In this document: positions 47,823 to 58,811 of the stretch, one piece after another | How positions within the stretch are numbered: position 1 is the first letter of the stretch | Layout of the letters: the number at the start of each line of letters is the position of its first letter | DNA from: an uncultured archaeon | GTDB taxonomy: Archaea; Asgardarchaeota; Thorarchaeia; Thorarchaeales; Thorarchaeaceae | NCBI GenBank assembly: GCA_964558645.1 | Contig: CAZLEV010000002.1 | Span: forward strand, 96,001 to 160,000 | Direction: 5' to 3' | DNA: 64,000 nt | Made by a program: the position numbers and the translations under genes | The notes under the pieces: generated by a model | Databases searched by the model: none | Seen by the model: the letters and a program-made list of their open reading frames with translations, nothing else | Told to the model about the DNA's origin: nothing

Positions 47823-50711
47823 TCATAGATTTCTCAGTACGATAGCGGGGTCGGTCTTGGCAGCTTCCCTTGCAGGGAAGTAAGAACCCCCGATCATGGC
47901 CATCACTTCCAAGAGAAGCACCACAGTGAGGAGTCCGGTTGGGAAAGTTATGGCTGCAGGAAGGGCTCTAGAGAACGGACTCATGGAGAAGATCACCACG
48001 CTCATGATAAAACCGAAGATTGCACCAAGAACCAGGCTCAACGTCACAGATGCAAGAACCACGCCCGAGAATTCAGCCACCACAACGCGAATGATCTGTT
48101 TCTTTGAACTGCCCACAGCCCGCAGGATTGCATAGTCTCGCTTTCTCTCTCTGACGACAGATCCGAGGAAGAGGGTGAGCGCGAAGATGCTCAATAGAAA
48201 TGACATGGCGAACCCAATCGAGAACAGCCCCTCGACGGTGCTGAGGAAGAGAGCTGTGCCGAAGGATCTTCTCCGAAGATCGAATGAGTCTGGTGTGGTA
48301 GCGGATACCCCCGGCAGGTCACCCAGTGCTCGAAGTAGGAAGTCTTCATTCAACACGCTAACGAGATCTGCCAGAAAGAGAGTTGCGGTTGTGATCTCGG
48401 TCTGCTCAGAGAGGTATTCTATATTCACTAGAGCAAAGCCTGAATGTGGGGCCTGAAGGCCAAAGCCAGCACCGAGGCGGGACTTGGGAATGTCTGTTTC
48501 AGCTGCATAGCCTAGACCAGGTGCGGTATAGACAAAACCTGTGATTCTGAAGGTTACCTGCACTGGCCCAAGACGCCCACCCACAGCAAGCATGAGGTCA
48601 TCACCAATACTCTTGTTCCATCGGCGGGCATGGTACTCACTTAGTACAATCCCATTCTCCACCTTATCCAGTGCGGAAAGCACCTGTTCATGAGCACGAT
48701 CTCCAAAGCTAGTATCATCAAAGTGGCCTATCTGCGCGTATTCAATCGGTTCAAGCCCCGCAACAGTGATTCTCTCTTGCCCCAGCTGACCATAAGTTCT
48801 CAAGATCGGCACAGCACGCTTGACGCCAGGATACTCCTTGATAGTACCGTTAAATGAGAAGGGTTGGCCTGTACACGTGACTCTCAGGTCTGCGCCAAGT
48901 GAGTAGTCTATCTCTTGTGCTAGGTCTTGCTGAAAGCTATAAGCCTGTACTGTGAATGCGATGGTTGAGGATAAGGTCAGGGCGAGAACCACCATCAGAG
49001 GAACAATCCGCCCCTTTCTCATCTTCAAATTGCCCGCAGCAATGACATTCTTCTCGCCCAACACGAAGGATATCTTTGAAGCCAAACGTGCAAAACCAAG
49101 TCGGGAGTATCTCGATCCATTGTATGCAAGGAAGAACCAAGCTGCAGTACCCAGTCCTAGTTCAATCATGAGCATAGTAGGATTGGCCGGTAGGAACAGA
49201 ACGGCACCAAGAACCATAGCCAACAGGACAATAGAAGCTCCGATAGTGAAACCATATGCACCCGCCTCTTCGCTCACGGGTTCAGCCGTCTCAACGAGTG
49301 TTGACCCAATCTCGGTCCGAGCCGCTTTCCGCGCTGAGTTCAGGATGAAGAGCAAAGGAGGAACAAGACAGATGAGAACGGTATAGACAAGAGCCTCGGG
49401 CTTGATGACCGTGTTAGAGAAGTAGTAGACATAATCCTGTGCATTGAACGTCATGAAGCCGGTCGTTGCAGGCATCAGAGCTGCAAAGAGTACGCTGAGC
49501 ACTAGTCCCAGAATCATGCTCACGATGGCCATGACTACTGCTTCCGAGATGAATATCCCATAGATCTGTGAGGAACTGGCACCCTTTGCACGGAGAGAAC
49601 TCACTTCTGGCTTTCGTGCAGTCATGAACGTTTCAGCCGCAAACACTGAAAGAAAGAGTGCTAGGATGAAGATGGGAAGATTGAGCATGACGAGCGGCGT
49701 CGATGACATGTACGTGTCAACGAGAGATTGGAGATACAGCACCTCAGACAGACCTTGAACCGTGAGGTCGAAACGCTGATCCATCTGTGTCTTGAGGTTG
49801 ATGAGATTTTCAGAAATGCTACCCGGGCCAAGACTGACAAGTGCAGTCGATGAGGCGCGGATGAATGTCCTGGGGCCGAAGAATCCCTCCTCAGCAACAT
49901 CGTCTAACTCGATACCCTCTGAGAGAACTATGATGCTGTCACGAATGCCCAGCACCGGGCGATCATACAACAGGTAGTCATAGTTTGACCGCATCTTGGA
50001 TGGAAAAGCAGTTTCTATGAGGCCCTCGTATCCCCTGACCTCGTAGATGCCAGCTATGGTCAGGGACTCTAGACTCATTCGGCCCAAGTCGCCAATTGGT
50101 GCCTCCGAACCCGAGGGGGCCCTCATGAGCAGCTCGATACTGAAGGTGGAATTGAGAGTAAGAGTGATTCCGAAGACCTCACGAACGTACCCCACAAACT
50201 GCCAAGAAACCAGCGCCTGTCCAGAATCGAGGGAGAACTCACCCTCATAATCGAAATCGCGCCGCATCTCGTCAAGAAGAGGTCCATTAGCGAATAGGAC
50301 CTGACAGTCTTTGAGCCCATACGTATAGATCGGGTTGTCTATGCCGTATACGACGCTATCGGGTAATTGGGTTCCGTAGACGAGTCCCACCGTAGAGTTG
50401 ACACGTCGTACGCTTTCGATGAGGGGGCTATCGCGAGCAAACTGCTCAGCAAGATCCATCTCTGTCGTAGGACCAACAGGAGTTTGCATCATCATCTGAT
50501 AGGCACGGGAATCGAAATACTCAGATACACTGACTTGGACACCTGTGTCGGCCCAGATGAACATAGACCCAACGAGGGACACGCCAAGACTGAGTGTGAG
50601 AGCAAGGCTGAGAGCCCTGAAGGGGTATGCCCTCATGGAACTCAGCGCGTAAGAGAACGCATAGAGAGGGTTCCCAGTGGATGAGCCATTCCTTGCTGAC
50701 CTAGCAACCAC
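47823..50711 (-). CDS. FtsX/MacB-type ABC permease (paralog)
   Basis: RKPEVSSLRAKGAS and ERKRDYAILRAVGSS; C-terminal DPAIVLRNL. Confidence 0.9.
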   Translation of the reverse strand: MVARSARNGSSTGNPLYAFSYALSSMRAYPFRALSLALTLSLGVSLVGSMFIWADTGVQVSVSEYFDSRAYQMMMQTPVGPTTEMDLAEQFARDSPLIESVRRVNSTVGLVYGTQLPDSVVYGIDNPIYTYGLKDCQVLFANGPLLDEMRRDFDYEGEFSLDSGQALVSWQFVGYVREVFGITLTLNSTFSIELLMRAPSGSEAPIGDLGRMSLESLTIAGIYEVRGYEGLIETAFPSKMRSNYDYLLYDRPVLGIRDSIIVLSEGIELDDVAEEGFFGPRTFIRASSTALVSLGPGSISENLINLKTQMDQRFDLTVQGLSEVLYLQSLVDTYMSSTPLVMLNLPIFILALFLSVFAAETFMTARKPEVSSLRAKGASSSQIYGIFISEAVVMAIVSMILGLVLSVLFAALMPATTGFMTFNAQDYVYYFSNTVIKPEALVYTVLICLVPPLLFILNSARKAARTEIGSTLVETAEPVSEEAGAYGFTIGASIVLLAMVLGAVLFLPANPTMLMIELGLGTAAWFFLAYNGSRYSRLGFARLASKISFVLGEKNVIAAGNLKMRKGRIVPLMVVLALTLSSTIAFTVQAYSFQQDLAQEIDYSLGADLRVTCTGQPFSFNGTIKEYPGVKRAVPILRTYGQLGQERITVAGLEPIEYAQIGHFDDTSFGDRAHEQVLSALDKVENGIVLSEYHARRWNKSIGDDLMLAVGGRLGPVQVTFRITGFVYTAPGLGYAAETDIPKSRLGAGFGLQAPHSGFALVNIEYLSEQTEITTATLFLADLVSVLNEDFLLRALGDLPGVSATTPDSFDLRRRSFGTALFLSTVEGLFSIGFAMSFLLSIFALTLFLGSVVRERKRDYAILRAVGSSKKQIIRVVVAEFSGVVLASVTLSLVLGAIFGFIMSVVIFSMSPFSRALPAAITFPTGLLTVVLLLEVMAMIGGSYFPAREAAKTDPAIVLRNL

Positions 50712-50718
50712 CAGTCAT

Positions 50719-51504
50719 TCACCTCATAGCCGTAGATTCATCCGGCCGGCCTGAGGTTCCACCCGGTGTTGACACATCGACCTTGCTCGCCTTGAAGAAG
50801 GCACTGATAAGCTCTTCAACGAGCTGGCCATCCCGCAGAAGCATGATCTTGTCTGCCATTCGGGCAACTTCAGGATCATGTGTCACGACAAGTACTGCTC
50901 TCTTCTGTTTCTTTGCCAAGTCTTTCATGAGTTTGATGATCTCTCCCCCTGTCTTGTGGTCAAGGTCCCCGGTAGGTTCATCACACAGCAAGACGGCAGG
51001 GTCATTGGCCAAGGCACGGGCCAGGGCAACTCGGGAACGCATTCCACCTGAAAGCTCGTGGGGCATGTGATGTGCCCGGTGATCCACACCCACCGCCTCT
51101 AACAGCTTCATCGCCTTCTCCTCTCGAATCTTCCGCCGTACCTCATTGAGAAGCATTGGAACCTGAACGTTCTCAGTAGCTGTGAATACAGGCAAGAGGT
51201 GCTGATCTTGGAAGAGGATTCCTATCTTATCACGGCGCATTCGTGATAGTTCATCGTCATTCAAGGGGGTGATCTCAATCTGGTCAACCAAGATAGCTCC
51301 ACTGTTCGGACGGTCTAATCCTCCAATGAGGTTGAGAAGAGTTGTCTTCCCAGAACCCGAAGCTCCAACAATGGCCACGAAGTCGCCTTTGTAGACTTTC
51401 AGGTCGGTTCCTCTCAGGACATCGATGGTCCGCGTGCCGTCCTGAAATGATCTGTGAACATCGATGCATTCGACCGCAATTGAGTCATCACTAGCCATTG
51501 CCAT
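50719..51504 (-). CDS. LolD/MacB-type ABC ATPase
   Basis: GASGSGKTT, LSGGM, ALANDP, CDEPTGDLD, VVTHD; start probably ATG 51504 or 51498. Confidence 0.93.
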   Translation of the reverse strand: MAMASDDSIAVECIDVHRSFQDGTRTIDVLRGTDLKVYKGDFVAIVGASGSGKTTLLNLIGGLDRPNSGAILVDQIEITPLNDDELSRMRRDKIGILFQDQHLLPVFTATENVQVPMLLNEVRRKIREEKAMKLLEAVGVDHRAHHMPHELSGGMRSRVALARALANDPAVLLCDEPTGDLDHKTGGEIIKLMKDLAKKQKRAVLVVTHDPEVARMADKIMLLRDGQLVEELISAFFKASKVDVSTPGGTSGRPDESTAMR

Positions 51505-51694
51505 TGTCTCCGAGAGGTTATCCATTAGGTACCGATTTTTAAGGTTGCTACAAGAGCAAGCGGTACTACTGGTGCAATGCCACATTCAAGAGATATACTT
51601 CTAGTGGATTATGCATCAATGGGGGCATAATGGTCACGCTGACTGATTCGTATCATGGCGCACTTCAAAACCTTAATCTGGAGCCCCACAGCCA

Positions 51695-53713
51695 GTGCGG
51701 TACATGAGTCGGGTCAAACCATGCACCTGCCTAGCGGTCATGCTGCTGTTCATCATAGTAATGGCGCCACTAGTAGAGGAGCCCTATGAGCTGACAGACA
51801 AGACTCTGTACGACCCCGACTCGCTGATGAAGACCAGTGCCACACGGTCCGTGGTAGACGTATGGAAATCCATCTTCAATAATATCAAGCAAGAGAACAT
51901 CGAAGACATTGTGAAGACCCTCAGTCTCAACTACTCAGGCCGAATATGGGACTCCGGAAGCAAGGAGCCATCCCCGGTTCTTTCAAGTGCCTGGGATTAC
52001 GCCAATACGACACTATCAAATTTCACAGCTGGAGAAGTCACCTTCAGGCTTGTGACAGATGAAAAGAACCTCGTTGCCGTCATGAACGGGACAGCATCCC
52101 AACGAACACCCATCATCATCAGCGGCACGATTGCATCGTTAGAGAATCAGGGAGCCAATGGCTATGCAGCCTCTACTGCTGCGGTCCTCGAGTGTGCCCG
52201 ATTGCTCTCAACGGTGAGCATGACAAATGATGTAATGTTCGTGTTATCGAACACTATCCTTGGTGGGATTGGAGGAGAAACCAGAGGAAATGTGGGATTG
52301 CGTGCACTTCTGGACCATCTTGAGGACCAGAGAAGAGAACCAGCCGCAGTCTTCTGGCTCTCGGCCCTTCTCTTTGATTCAGAAGAGGCAGATGGCGACC
52401 ATATCGGCTTGCGTTCAGACTATCCCACACTTCATCTTGAAGCAACCAATCTTATCGGCTACATGGTCGAGAGAGCATCTGAGGCGGGCTCTGAGATTGG
52501 AATCGGTACGGATGTTGACCTGATACAAGGGACGGATATAATATGGCTCCACTCAGGAGCACAGGAGGCAGCAGGAAGGGGAATACCCAGTTTCTGCGTG
52601 GCTCAGAGAAACGGTGACCCCCTTCTGAAGACCAGTGATGATGTCTGGAACCATCCGCATTATGATTACGAGATGGCCGTTGAAGCAGTGGGGATTGTCA
52701 CCTCGGTTGTCTGGCTACTGGGCAACATGGGTGGCGGAGACCAGCTTACTATGACTGGATCAATCTTCGTACCGGATATGCGGTCCAGAAATACTTCACT
52801 CGCTCTGGCAGGTCAAAGCCTTCTCATCGTCAATGTAGACTGGGATGAGAATCAGACACTTGTGACGAGATTGGTCGATGACACGGGCGAGACCGTGGTA
52901 ACTCGATGGGATGATGACGGAGACCTTACGCTCTCCTATCAGATATCTTATCCCTCGTGGTATACACTGGTCTTTGAAAACGAAGGCGAGGAGAACATGG
53001 TGGTCTCGTATAGCTACTTGTTCTATTACGACTATGATCGCGACGGACTGAATGACTACGAAGAGAGCCAGTTCGGTACGGACAGCCTATGTGCAGACAC
53101 CGACGGGGATGGGCTGGATGACCCTGTCGAGAGAGAACTGGGCACCAATCCCCGAAGGATGGATACGGACTTGGATGGGTTGCCTGACGGACTTGAGATT
53201 GAATACGGTTGCTCACCACTGATTGCAGACACGGACGGCGACGGGCTCTTAGATGGTTTTGAGGTCGATTATGGACTTGACCCCACACATAGAGACACAG
53301 ATAGAGACTTCCTGGATGACGGCCTAGAGTTCGAATACGGAACGGACCCGCTAAACCCAGATACCGACGGAGACGGCCTTTTCGATGGATACGAGATTGG
53401 CAACTCAACAGACCCGCTAAATCCCGATACGGACGGGGACGGGCTGACGGACCTCTTTGAAATTCTGAATGGTCTCGACCCACTCTCAAATGACACAGAC
53501 GGGGATGGGCTGACAGACCTATATGAAGTGGAGAATGGGCTCCTTCCATTCAACAACGATACGGACGGGGACGGGATAATCGACTCGTTGGATTGGGCAC
53601 CAGAGTCCCATTGGATGAACTCGATACCGGGCGTGATGGTGGGAGTCTTTGCGTTGTCTTTTATCGTGTTGCTTGTCGTGAAGAAACGAAGATACGACCG
53701 GGGGGAGCAGTAG
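51695..53713 (+). CDS. Surface protein: degenerate M28 peptidase-like domain, Ca-binding DTDGDG repeats, C-terminal TM anchor
   Basis: Signal/TM N-terminus; [17 protein letters not shown] (M28-like); repeats DTDGDGLxDxxExxxGTDP; C-terminal TM helix followed by KKRR. Confidence 0.75.
   Translation: MRYMSRVKPCTCLAVMLLFIIVMAPLVEEPYELTDKTLYDPDSLMKTSATRSVVDVWKSIFNNIKQENIEDIVKTLSLNYSGRIWDSGSKEPSPVLSSAWDYANTTLSNFTAGEVTFRLVTDEKNLVAVMNGTASQRTPIIISGTIASLENQGANGYAASTAAVLECARLLSTVSMTNDVMFVLSNTILGGIGGETRGNVGLRALLDHLEDQRREPAAVFWLSALLFDSEEADGDHIGLRSDYPTLHLEATNLIGYMVERASEAGSEIGIGTDVDLIQGTDIIWLHSGAQEAAGRGIPSFCVAQRNGDPLLKTSDDVWNHPHYDYEMAVEAVGIVTSVVWLLGNMGGGDQLTMTGSIFVPDMRSRNTSLALAGQSLLIVNVDWDENQTLVTRLVDDTGETVVTRWDDDGDLTLSYQISYPSWYTLVFENEGEENMVVSYSYLFYYDYDRDGLNDYEESQFGTDSLCADTDGDGLDDPVERELGTNPRRMDTDLDGLPDGLEIEYGCSPLIADTDGDGLLDGFEVDYGLDPTHRDTDRDFLDDGLEFEYGTDPLNPDTDGDGLFDGYEIGNSTDPLNPDTDGDGLTDLFEILNGLDPLSNDTDGDGLTDLYEVENGLLPFNNDTDGDGIIDSLDWAPESHWMNSIPGVMVGVFALSFIVLLVVKKRRYDRGEQ
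53028..53595 (+). repeat. About nine tandem 22-aa (66-bp) Asp-rich Ca-binding repeats (thrombospondin type 3-like)
   Basis: Repeated GA(C/T)AC(C/G/A)GA(C/T)GG.GA(C/T)GG coding units, e.g. gacccgctaaa(c/t)cc.gatac.gacgg. Confidence 0.85.
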
Positions 53714-55804
53714 ATGACAAAGACAGACAGAAACGGTGACTGCGTCCGTGATAATCAGTCTAGCAATGACAGGAGCAGGACTCCGTCCATGCCTGGCGGC
53801 TCGAAACGCAAGATCCTGTTCGTCATGGGTCTCATCTTCCTCTTGCAGTCGGCTCTCATGCCAGTCACTCAGAATGCCCCTCAAGAAAGAAACAGCGGTT
53901 TAGTACTGAACTCCAGCAGCCAGATAGCAGAAGGGGGATACACCAATATCACAGCAACCTGGGAGGAGGTCTTCAAAGCCACGTCAAAAGCAAGAATAGA
54001 GAACCACACGCGAGTCATATCACAGCAGTTCTCGAATCGCATCTGGTATGAAAACATGACCCCCACACAGAAACTCCAAGATGCTTGGACTTGGGCGAAC
54101 ATAACACTTGGTGAGAACACCGATGGCGAGCTCTCCTTCCAGCAGGTCACGGAATACCAGACGCTTGTGGCAGTGAAGAACGGAACTCTTCCAGAGCCCA
54201 GGACAGGAGTCATCATCGCTGGAATCATCGACAGTGTTGAAACGCCCGGGGCAAATGACATGGGTGTCAGTGTTGCAGCAGTATTGGAATGTGCCAGAAT
54301 CCTGCATGACTTCAGTCTGGGGTTCGATGTATATTACGTCCTGACAAACGGCCATAACCTTGACCCTGACTATGACCTAGGTGCCAGGGCTTTTGCTGAG
54401 TGGCTGGAAGAGAACGCAATTCAGACTCTGACCGCCTTTACGTTCACGCGGCTTCTCTTTCATCGAGTGCAGTACCTATATGGAACCAAGATATCGCTTC
54501 GTACCTACGACAAGACGACGGACTATCATGAGACCCTTCGGATGCCCGATCTTCTGGTCTCGATATCTGCATCATATGGCTCGTCGCGACTCCAGCATGT
54601 ATCAGACCATGGCGTCGCCAGAAAGTCTCTCGCATACGAGATGTGGGAGAGAGGGAGGACTGCGCTCCATGTTGCACAGGGCTATTGGCATGAATCCTAC
54701 AGCGCTTCACCTGCCGATGTCTGGAACTCGGGCGATTACAACTATTTCAAGGCAACAGAGGCAGTAGCATCAGTTCTTGCAGGGATTGCCTATATCGGAC
54801 AGATGCATGAGGGGGACAATCCTGCATTCTATGAAAAGGGAGAACTAGGAAACTCATCCACAACTCAGCAGATTCTCTCACTCACCATAGGTGGGTATGT
54901 CAATGCCACAGTATGGTGGGATGCCAATGTGACGCTGAGAGCAGAGATTCAAAGAGATGACACAGCGAGTGTGGTGTATCGGCGTACAGAGGACGACGGT
55001 CTCATCAAACTTAGGTATCTAAGTTCTACCATCGGCACATATAGACTCGTCATCAGAAACCTGGGATCCGAGCCCACAGCGTTCGGGTTCAACCTCACAC
55101 ACCTCTCCGACTGTGACGGTGATACGCTCTCTGACGCTTACGAAGCGATACTGGGTACCAACCCCTACTCTCTGGATAGCGACGGTGATGGACTGACAGA
55201 CGATTTGGAACTCGAAATCGGAAGCGATCCGCTGTCGGAAGATACAGACAATGATGGGGCACTAGACGGGATGGAGTATGCAATCGGTTCAAGTCTTGTT
55301 CTGAATGATACTGATCACGATGGACTCCTCGATGGGGTAGAACTGGAACTGGGTACGAGTCCACTTCTGGCAGATACTGATGCCGACGGGCTCACCGACT
55401 ATGAAGAAGTCTATATCTATTTCACAGACCCAACTCATCCGGATACTGACCGGGATGGACTGGAAGACGGTATTGAGGTGCAGTTCGGTCTTGATCCGCT
55501 CTCACCAGACTCGGACAATGATACTCTGAGTGACTTGTTTGAGATACTGATTGGGACGAACCCGCTAAATCCAGATACCGACGCGGACGGCTGGGGCGAC
55601 GCCTACGAGGTCGAATACGGTATGCAGCCTGACAATGCCGATACCGATGGTGACTTCTTACCGGATGGCTGGGACTGGAATCCACGAGAGCACTGGGTCA
55701 ATGAGATTGCACCTATCAGCCTTCTCAGCACCGTCATGCTCCTAGGCATCTATGCTCTGATGAAATACAGGGCCTACAAGAGGATAGAAGAGGAGACTGG
55801 CTGA
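53714..55804 (+). CDS. Paralogous surface protein: degenerate M28-like domain, DTD repeats, TM anchor
   Basis: [17 protein letters not shown]; same domain order as 51695..53713. Confidence 0.75.
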   Translation: MTKTDRNGDCVRDNQSSNDRSRTPSMPGGSKRKILFVMGLIFLLQSALMPVTQNAPQERNSGLVLNSSSQIAEGGYTNITATWEEVFKATSKARIENHTRVISQQFSNRIWYENMTPTQKLQDAWTWANITLGENTDGELSFQQVTEYQTLVAVKNGTLPEPRTGVIIAGIIDSVETPGANDMGVSVAAVLECARILHDFSLGFDVYYVLTNGHNLDPDYDLGARAFAEWLEENAIQTLTAFTFTRLLFHRVQYLYGTKISLRTYDKTTDYHETLRMPDLLVSISASYGSSRLQHVSDHGVARKSLAYEMWERGRTALHVAQGYWHESYSASPADVWNSGDYNYFKATEAVASVLAGIAYIGQMHEGDNPAFYEKGELGNSSTTQQILSLTIGGYVNATVWWDANVTLRAEIQRDDTASVVYRRTEDDGLIKLRYLSSTIGTYRLVIRNLGSEPTAFGFNLTHLSDCDGDTLSDAYEAILGTNPYSLDSDGDGLTDDLELEIGSDPLSEDTDNDGALDGMEYAIGSSLVLNDTDHDGLLDGVELELGTSPLLADTDADGLTDYEEVYIYFTDPTHPDTDRDGLEDGIEVQFGLDPLSPDSDNDTLSDLFEILIGTNPLNPDTDADGWGDAYEVEYGMQPDNADTDGDFLPDGWDWNPREHWVNEIAPISLLSTVMLLGIYALMKYRAYKRIEEETG
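55108..55680 (+). repeat. About nine tandem 22-aa Asp-rich Ca-binding repeats
   Basis: DCDGDTLSD, DSDGDGLTD, DTDNDGALD, DTDHDGLLD, DTDADGLTD, DTDRDGLED, DSDNDTLSD, DTDADGWGD, DTDGDFLPD. Confidence 0.85.
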
Positions 55805-56027
55805 GTCCCTTTCAGCGACTTCTTAGCTATCTATGTCGACATGCCTAATTGTCGGGTCATGAGTCAATAGACAGCCTGACCAGAATCGATGGTTCAGACA
55901 ATCTATGGCTATCATCCCTGTCAGGTTGCCAGAGGAGGCGAAAATCTCCGAGGATAGAGCAACAGAGAGAGCTCCGTTTTGCTTTCCCCATTGACCTACG
56001 TCCTAGCACAATACTCATGTTCTCTCC

Positions 56028-56906
56028 GTGGTGCTACATGATGAGATGCGGCAGGTATCTACGAACCGATTCGACTTGACTGATACCTTGGAGTGTGGTC
56101 AGACCTTCACGTGGCAGAGGTGCGGGCAAGGCTATGTGAACTCGGACATTGGTCAGGTGGTATATGTCGAGCAGAAAGGGACCAGGCTCCTCTATGAGAG
56201 CTCAGCCTCGGATGTCCCTATCAATCAGATGTTCCGACTTGATGACCCTTTGGACTTGATACAACAGGAGATTGCCAAGGACGAGCTGATACGCAAAAGC
56301 ATCTCCTTTGCCCCAGGACTCCGAGTCATATCAGACGATTTCTTCCCGTGCCTGATCTCCTTCATCTGTTCCACCTTCAACAATATTCCTCGAATACAGG
56401 GAATGGTGAAGACGCTACGGGAGAGGTATGGTTCCACCTATGAGTTCAGAGGACAGAAGTGGCACGGGATGCCCACTCCCGAACAACTTGCCGCTGTAAC
56501 CCCGAATGAGCTGAGATCTCTCGGCTTTGGCTGGCGGGGAGAGTTCATAGCGAAGTCAACGCAAGCAGTCCTGAGGAAAGATATCATCCCTGAGGAACTC
56601 TCCGAGATGCAATATCCTGAAGCGCATCGTCGCCTCAAGACACTACATGGAGTCGGGAACAAGGTCGCAGACTGTGTATGTCTTTTCTCGTTGGGTTTTC
56701 TGGAGGCCTTCCCTATTGATGTCTGGATCGAACGAGTGATTCAGGAGGAATATGGCATATTTGCCGACACAGGGAAATCATACGCCAAGAAATCTGCTGT
56801 TGCCCGAGAGTACTTCGGGCCCTACGCAGGCTACACTCAGCAATACCTGTTCCACTATGTACGATGCCGTGCGCGGCAGAAGTGCAATGAGAATGCCACA
56901 GAATGA
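56028..56906 (+). CDS. ogg1: 8-oxoguanine DNA glycosylase/AP lyase (OGG1 type)
   Basis: TLECGQTFTW, GLRVI, LISFICS..NNIPRI, GVGNKVADCVCLF, FPIDVW, YAGYTQQYLF. Confidence 0.93.
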   Translation: MVLHDEMRQVSTNRFDLTDTLECGQTFTWQRCGQGYVNSDIGQVVYVEQKGTRLLYESSASDVPINQMFRLDDPLDLIQQEIAKDELIRKSISFAPGLRVISDDFFPCLISFICSTFNNIPRIQGMVKTLRERYGSTYEFRGQKWHGMPTPEQLAAVTPNELRSLGFGWRGEFIAKSTQAVLRKDIIPEELSEMQYPEAHRRLKTLHGVGNKVADCVCLFSLGFLEAFPIDVWIERVIQEEYGIFADTGKSYAKKSAVAREYFGPYAGYTQQYLFHYVRCRARQKCNENATE

Positions 56907-56936
56907 CACGAACACTAGGCTGACAATCAATGACTC

Positions 56937-58064
56937 TTACCGCAGATGTTGCCTCTTTTTCTTTTTGCGGGCGTACCATGAATGGTCCTGCACTCCTTTT
57001 GACATCTCCCAGGCTCTGGTCTCATAGAAACTCAGGGGATGAGAGATATACTCGCATAGCGGATCAAATGCCTCGCCTAAGTAGACAGGGCAGAGACTGT
57101 CTGACTGCAATTTCCTACAACTGGGAGGTGTATAGGCATCCCGGCCCCCTCGCTCCCCCGCGATATGCTTGACCTGATACTCGGCCAGACTATTGACATA
57201 GTCCCGTGCTGCACGAAAGACATCGACTACTTCGGGCACCGACATTCCAATGTTGAGCAGGAAGGATGCCAGGGCGAACCTTGCACTATGAGACAGGTTC
57301 TTGCCAGCCAGCGTGTCCTTGTGCATCTGAGAGATGCAGGGAGGGAAGGCATCTACACTCTCTTCAGTGAGCTCTACTGGGCCGGTTGATTTGATCTTCC
57401 TGCTGAGCTCACTCTCAATACGCTGAATACTCTCTGCAAGGCGCCGAGGTAATGGTGGTACACTGATATGGCTACTCAGAATGATCTGGTTGAACTTACC
57501 GGAGATAAGACGGGAGAGCTCCGACTTCTGAACGGGAACCCAGCCACTGTCCAGATATCGATTGACCAGTTTCCATACTGGTTCATGGAAATCAGGTGCC
57601 ACCTCCAGAAAATCCTGGAACTGAATCTTGAACTCATAAGTTCGGAGTTCAGGGGGTAGACGCGCTCTCTGGGTGATATTTCCCATTGACTTGACATGCC
57701 ATCCAAAAGAGTCGCTGGCAAGTTCCATGATGAACTCATCATCTTCCTTACCGAGAAACTTGTTTACCGCCTTCGATTCAATCTCGGCTTGGTATTCTTT
57801 CAGTCGGCTGTTACCTATCGCTTCAACAATCAACCGTGCAGTGGGGTAGATGAGAAAATCCCGATCGTCGTTAGTATTCACCAACTTGATCTCTGATTTG
57901 TCAAGAGCGGCTGCTACCCGGGCCTCTGCATGCTCTACGATATGCTCATTCTCGTCCTTGTCAAGGAGTTTCACCAATTCTCCGACATCACGAGCCACGG
58001 AACTGGATAGCTCTCTTGCATGGCGAGAGAAGGGGTATCTGAGCATCTGAGTCCGCGTTACCAT
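56937..58064 (-). CDS. priL: DNA primase large subunit
   Basis: RYPF, WKLVNR.L..GWV, FPPCI, LSHSARF.LASFL, YQVKHI.G, YTPPSC, C...HPL. Confidence 0.95.
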   Translation of the reverse strand: MVTRTQMLRYPFSRHARELSSSVARDVGELVKLLDKDENEHIVEHAEARVAAALDKSEIKLVNTNDDRDFLIYPTARLIVEAIGNSRLKEYQAEIESKAVNKFLGKEDDEFIMELASDSFGWHVKSMGNITQRARLPPELRTYEFKIQFQDFLEVAPDFHEPVWKLVNRYLDSGWVPVQKSELSRLISGKFNQIILSSHISVPPLPRRLAESIQRIESELSRKIKSTGPVELTEESVDAFPPCISQMHKDTLAGKNLSHSARFALASFLLNIGMSVPEVVDVFRAARDYVNSLAEYQVKHIAGERGGRDAYTPPSCRKLQSDSLCPVYLGEAFDPLCEYISHPLSFYETRAWEMSKGVQDHSWYARKKKKRQHLR

Positions 58065-58148
58065 TTTTACTCCTCAATCAACGATACTACAGGAGACCTA
58101 ATGACCTAAACTAAAGTCTGGGCTATAACTGTCTGCTTCTTCATGATG

Positions 58149-58811
58149 TCAACCTGAGCTTTTGAGTCCTATCACGATGGCTACGAAGTCGGTCACCATC
58201 ACATATTGTGAGGAGTGATAGTTCGCATCGTGGAAGAAACTCTGGATGTCTTCTACGCTATGCTTGCACATGTGCGGGTATTTCTTTCTCGCACGTTTTT
58301 CGTCCATGCCTCGTGCTATCATTCCCTCAACAAAGGCCTCTTCGTCGCCAGACACAAAGTCGTAGATAGCATAGACACCATTATTCTTCAACAGCTTGCA
58401 GGCAGACTGGATGTGCTCGAATGGTGCTGAGATCTCATGCAAGAGGTATCCAGAGAAGGCCAGGTCAGCAATCCCGGGCTCGAAGGGAATCGTGTCAGTA
58501 TCAAGATTGAGCTGAATCAGGGTGAACTGCGTGGGGCTGAGTACTCTGGATAGAAACATCTTGGCTTGCTCAATCATCTCAGTGCTCTCATCGATTCCAT
58601 AGACTCTACTCGCACCAAGCCTCTTGACGGCATCAACCAGAAACAGCCCAGGCCCCGAGCCGAACTCCAAGACGTCGCTCACCGACATGGATTTCATCAG
58701 CTTGGAGAACGCTCTCCAGAATGGTTCGCCATATCGTTCCCCGTAAGACTCTGACAGGCTTTCAACCCGCTCAGAATCGCTCCAATCTGCCTTTCCCAAG
58801 TGCGGCATCAC
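58149..58811 (-). CDS. Class I SAM-dependent methyltransferase
   Basis: VLEFGSGPG, YGIDES.EM, LLHE. Confidence 0.88.
   Translation of the reverse strand: MMPHLGKADWSDSERVESLSESYGERYGEPFWRAFSKLMKSMSVSDVLEFGSGPGLFLVDAVKRLGASRVYGIDESTEMIEQAKMFLSRVLSPTQFTLIQLNLDTDTIPFEPGIADLAFSGYLLHEISAPFEHIQSACKLLKNNGVYAIYDFVSGDEEAFVEGMIARGMDEKRARKKYPHMCKHSVEDIQSFFHDANYHSSQYVMVTDFVAIVIGLKSSG

Noticed and set aside
53028-55680. CRISPR array (66-bp periodicity)
   Set aside because: The repeats are degenerate at third codon positions and lie in frame within CDSs; they are protein repeats. No cas genes in the window.
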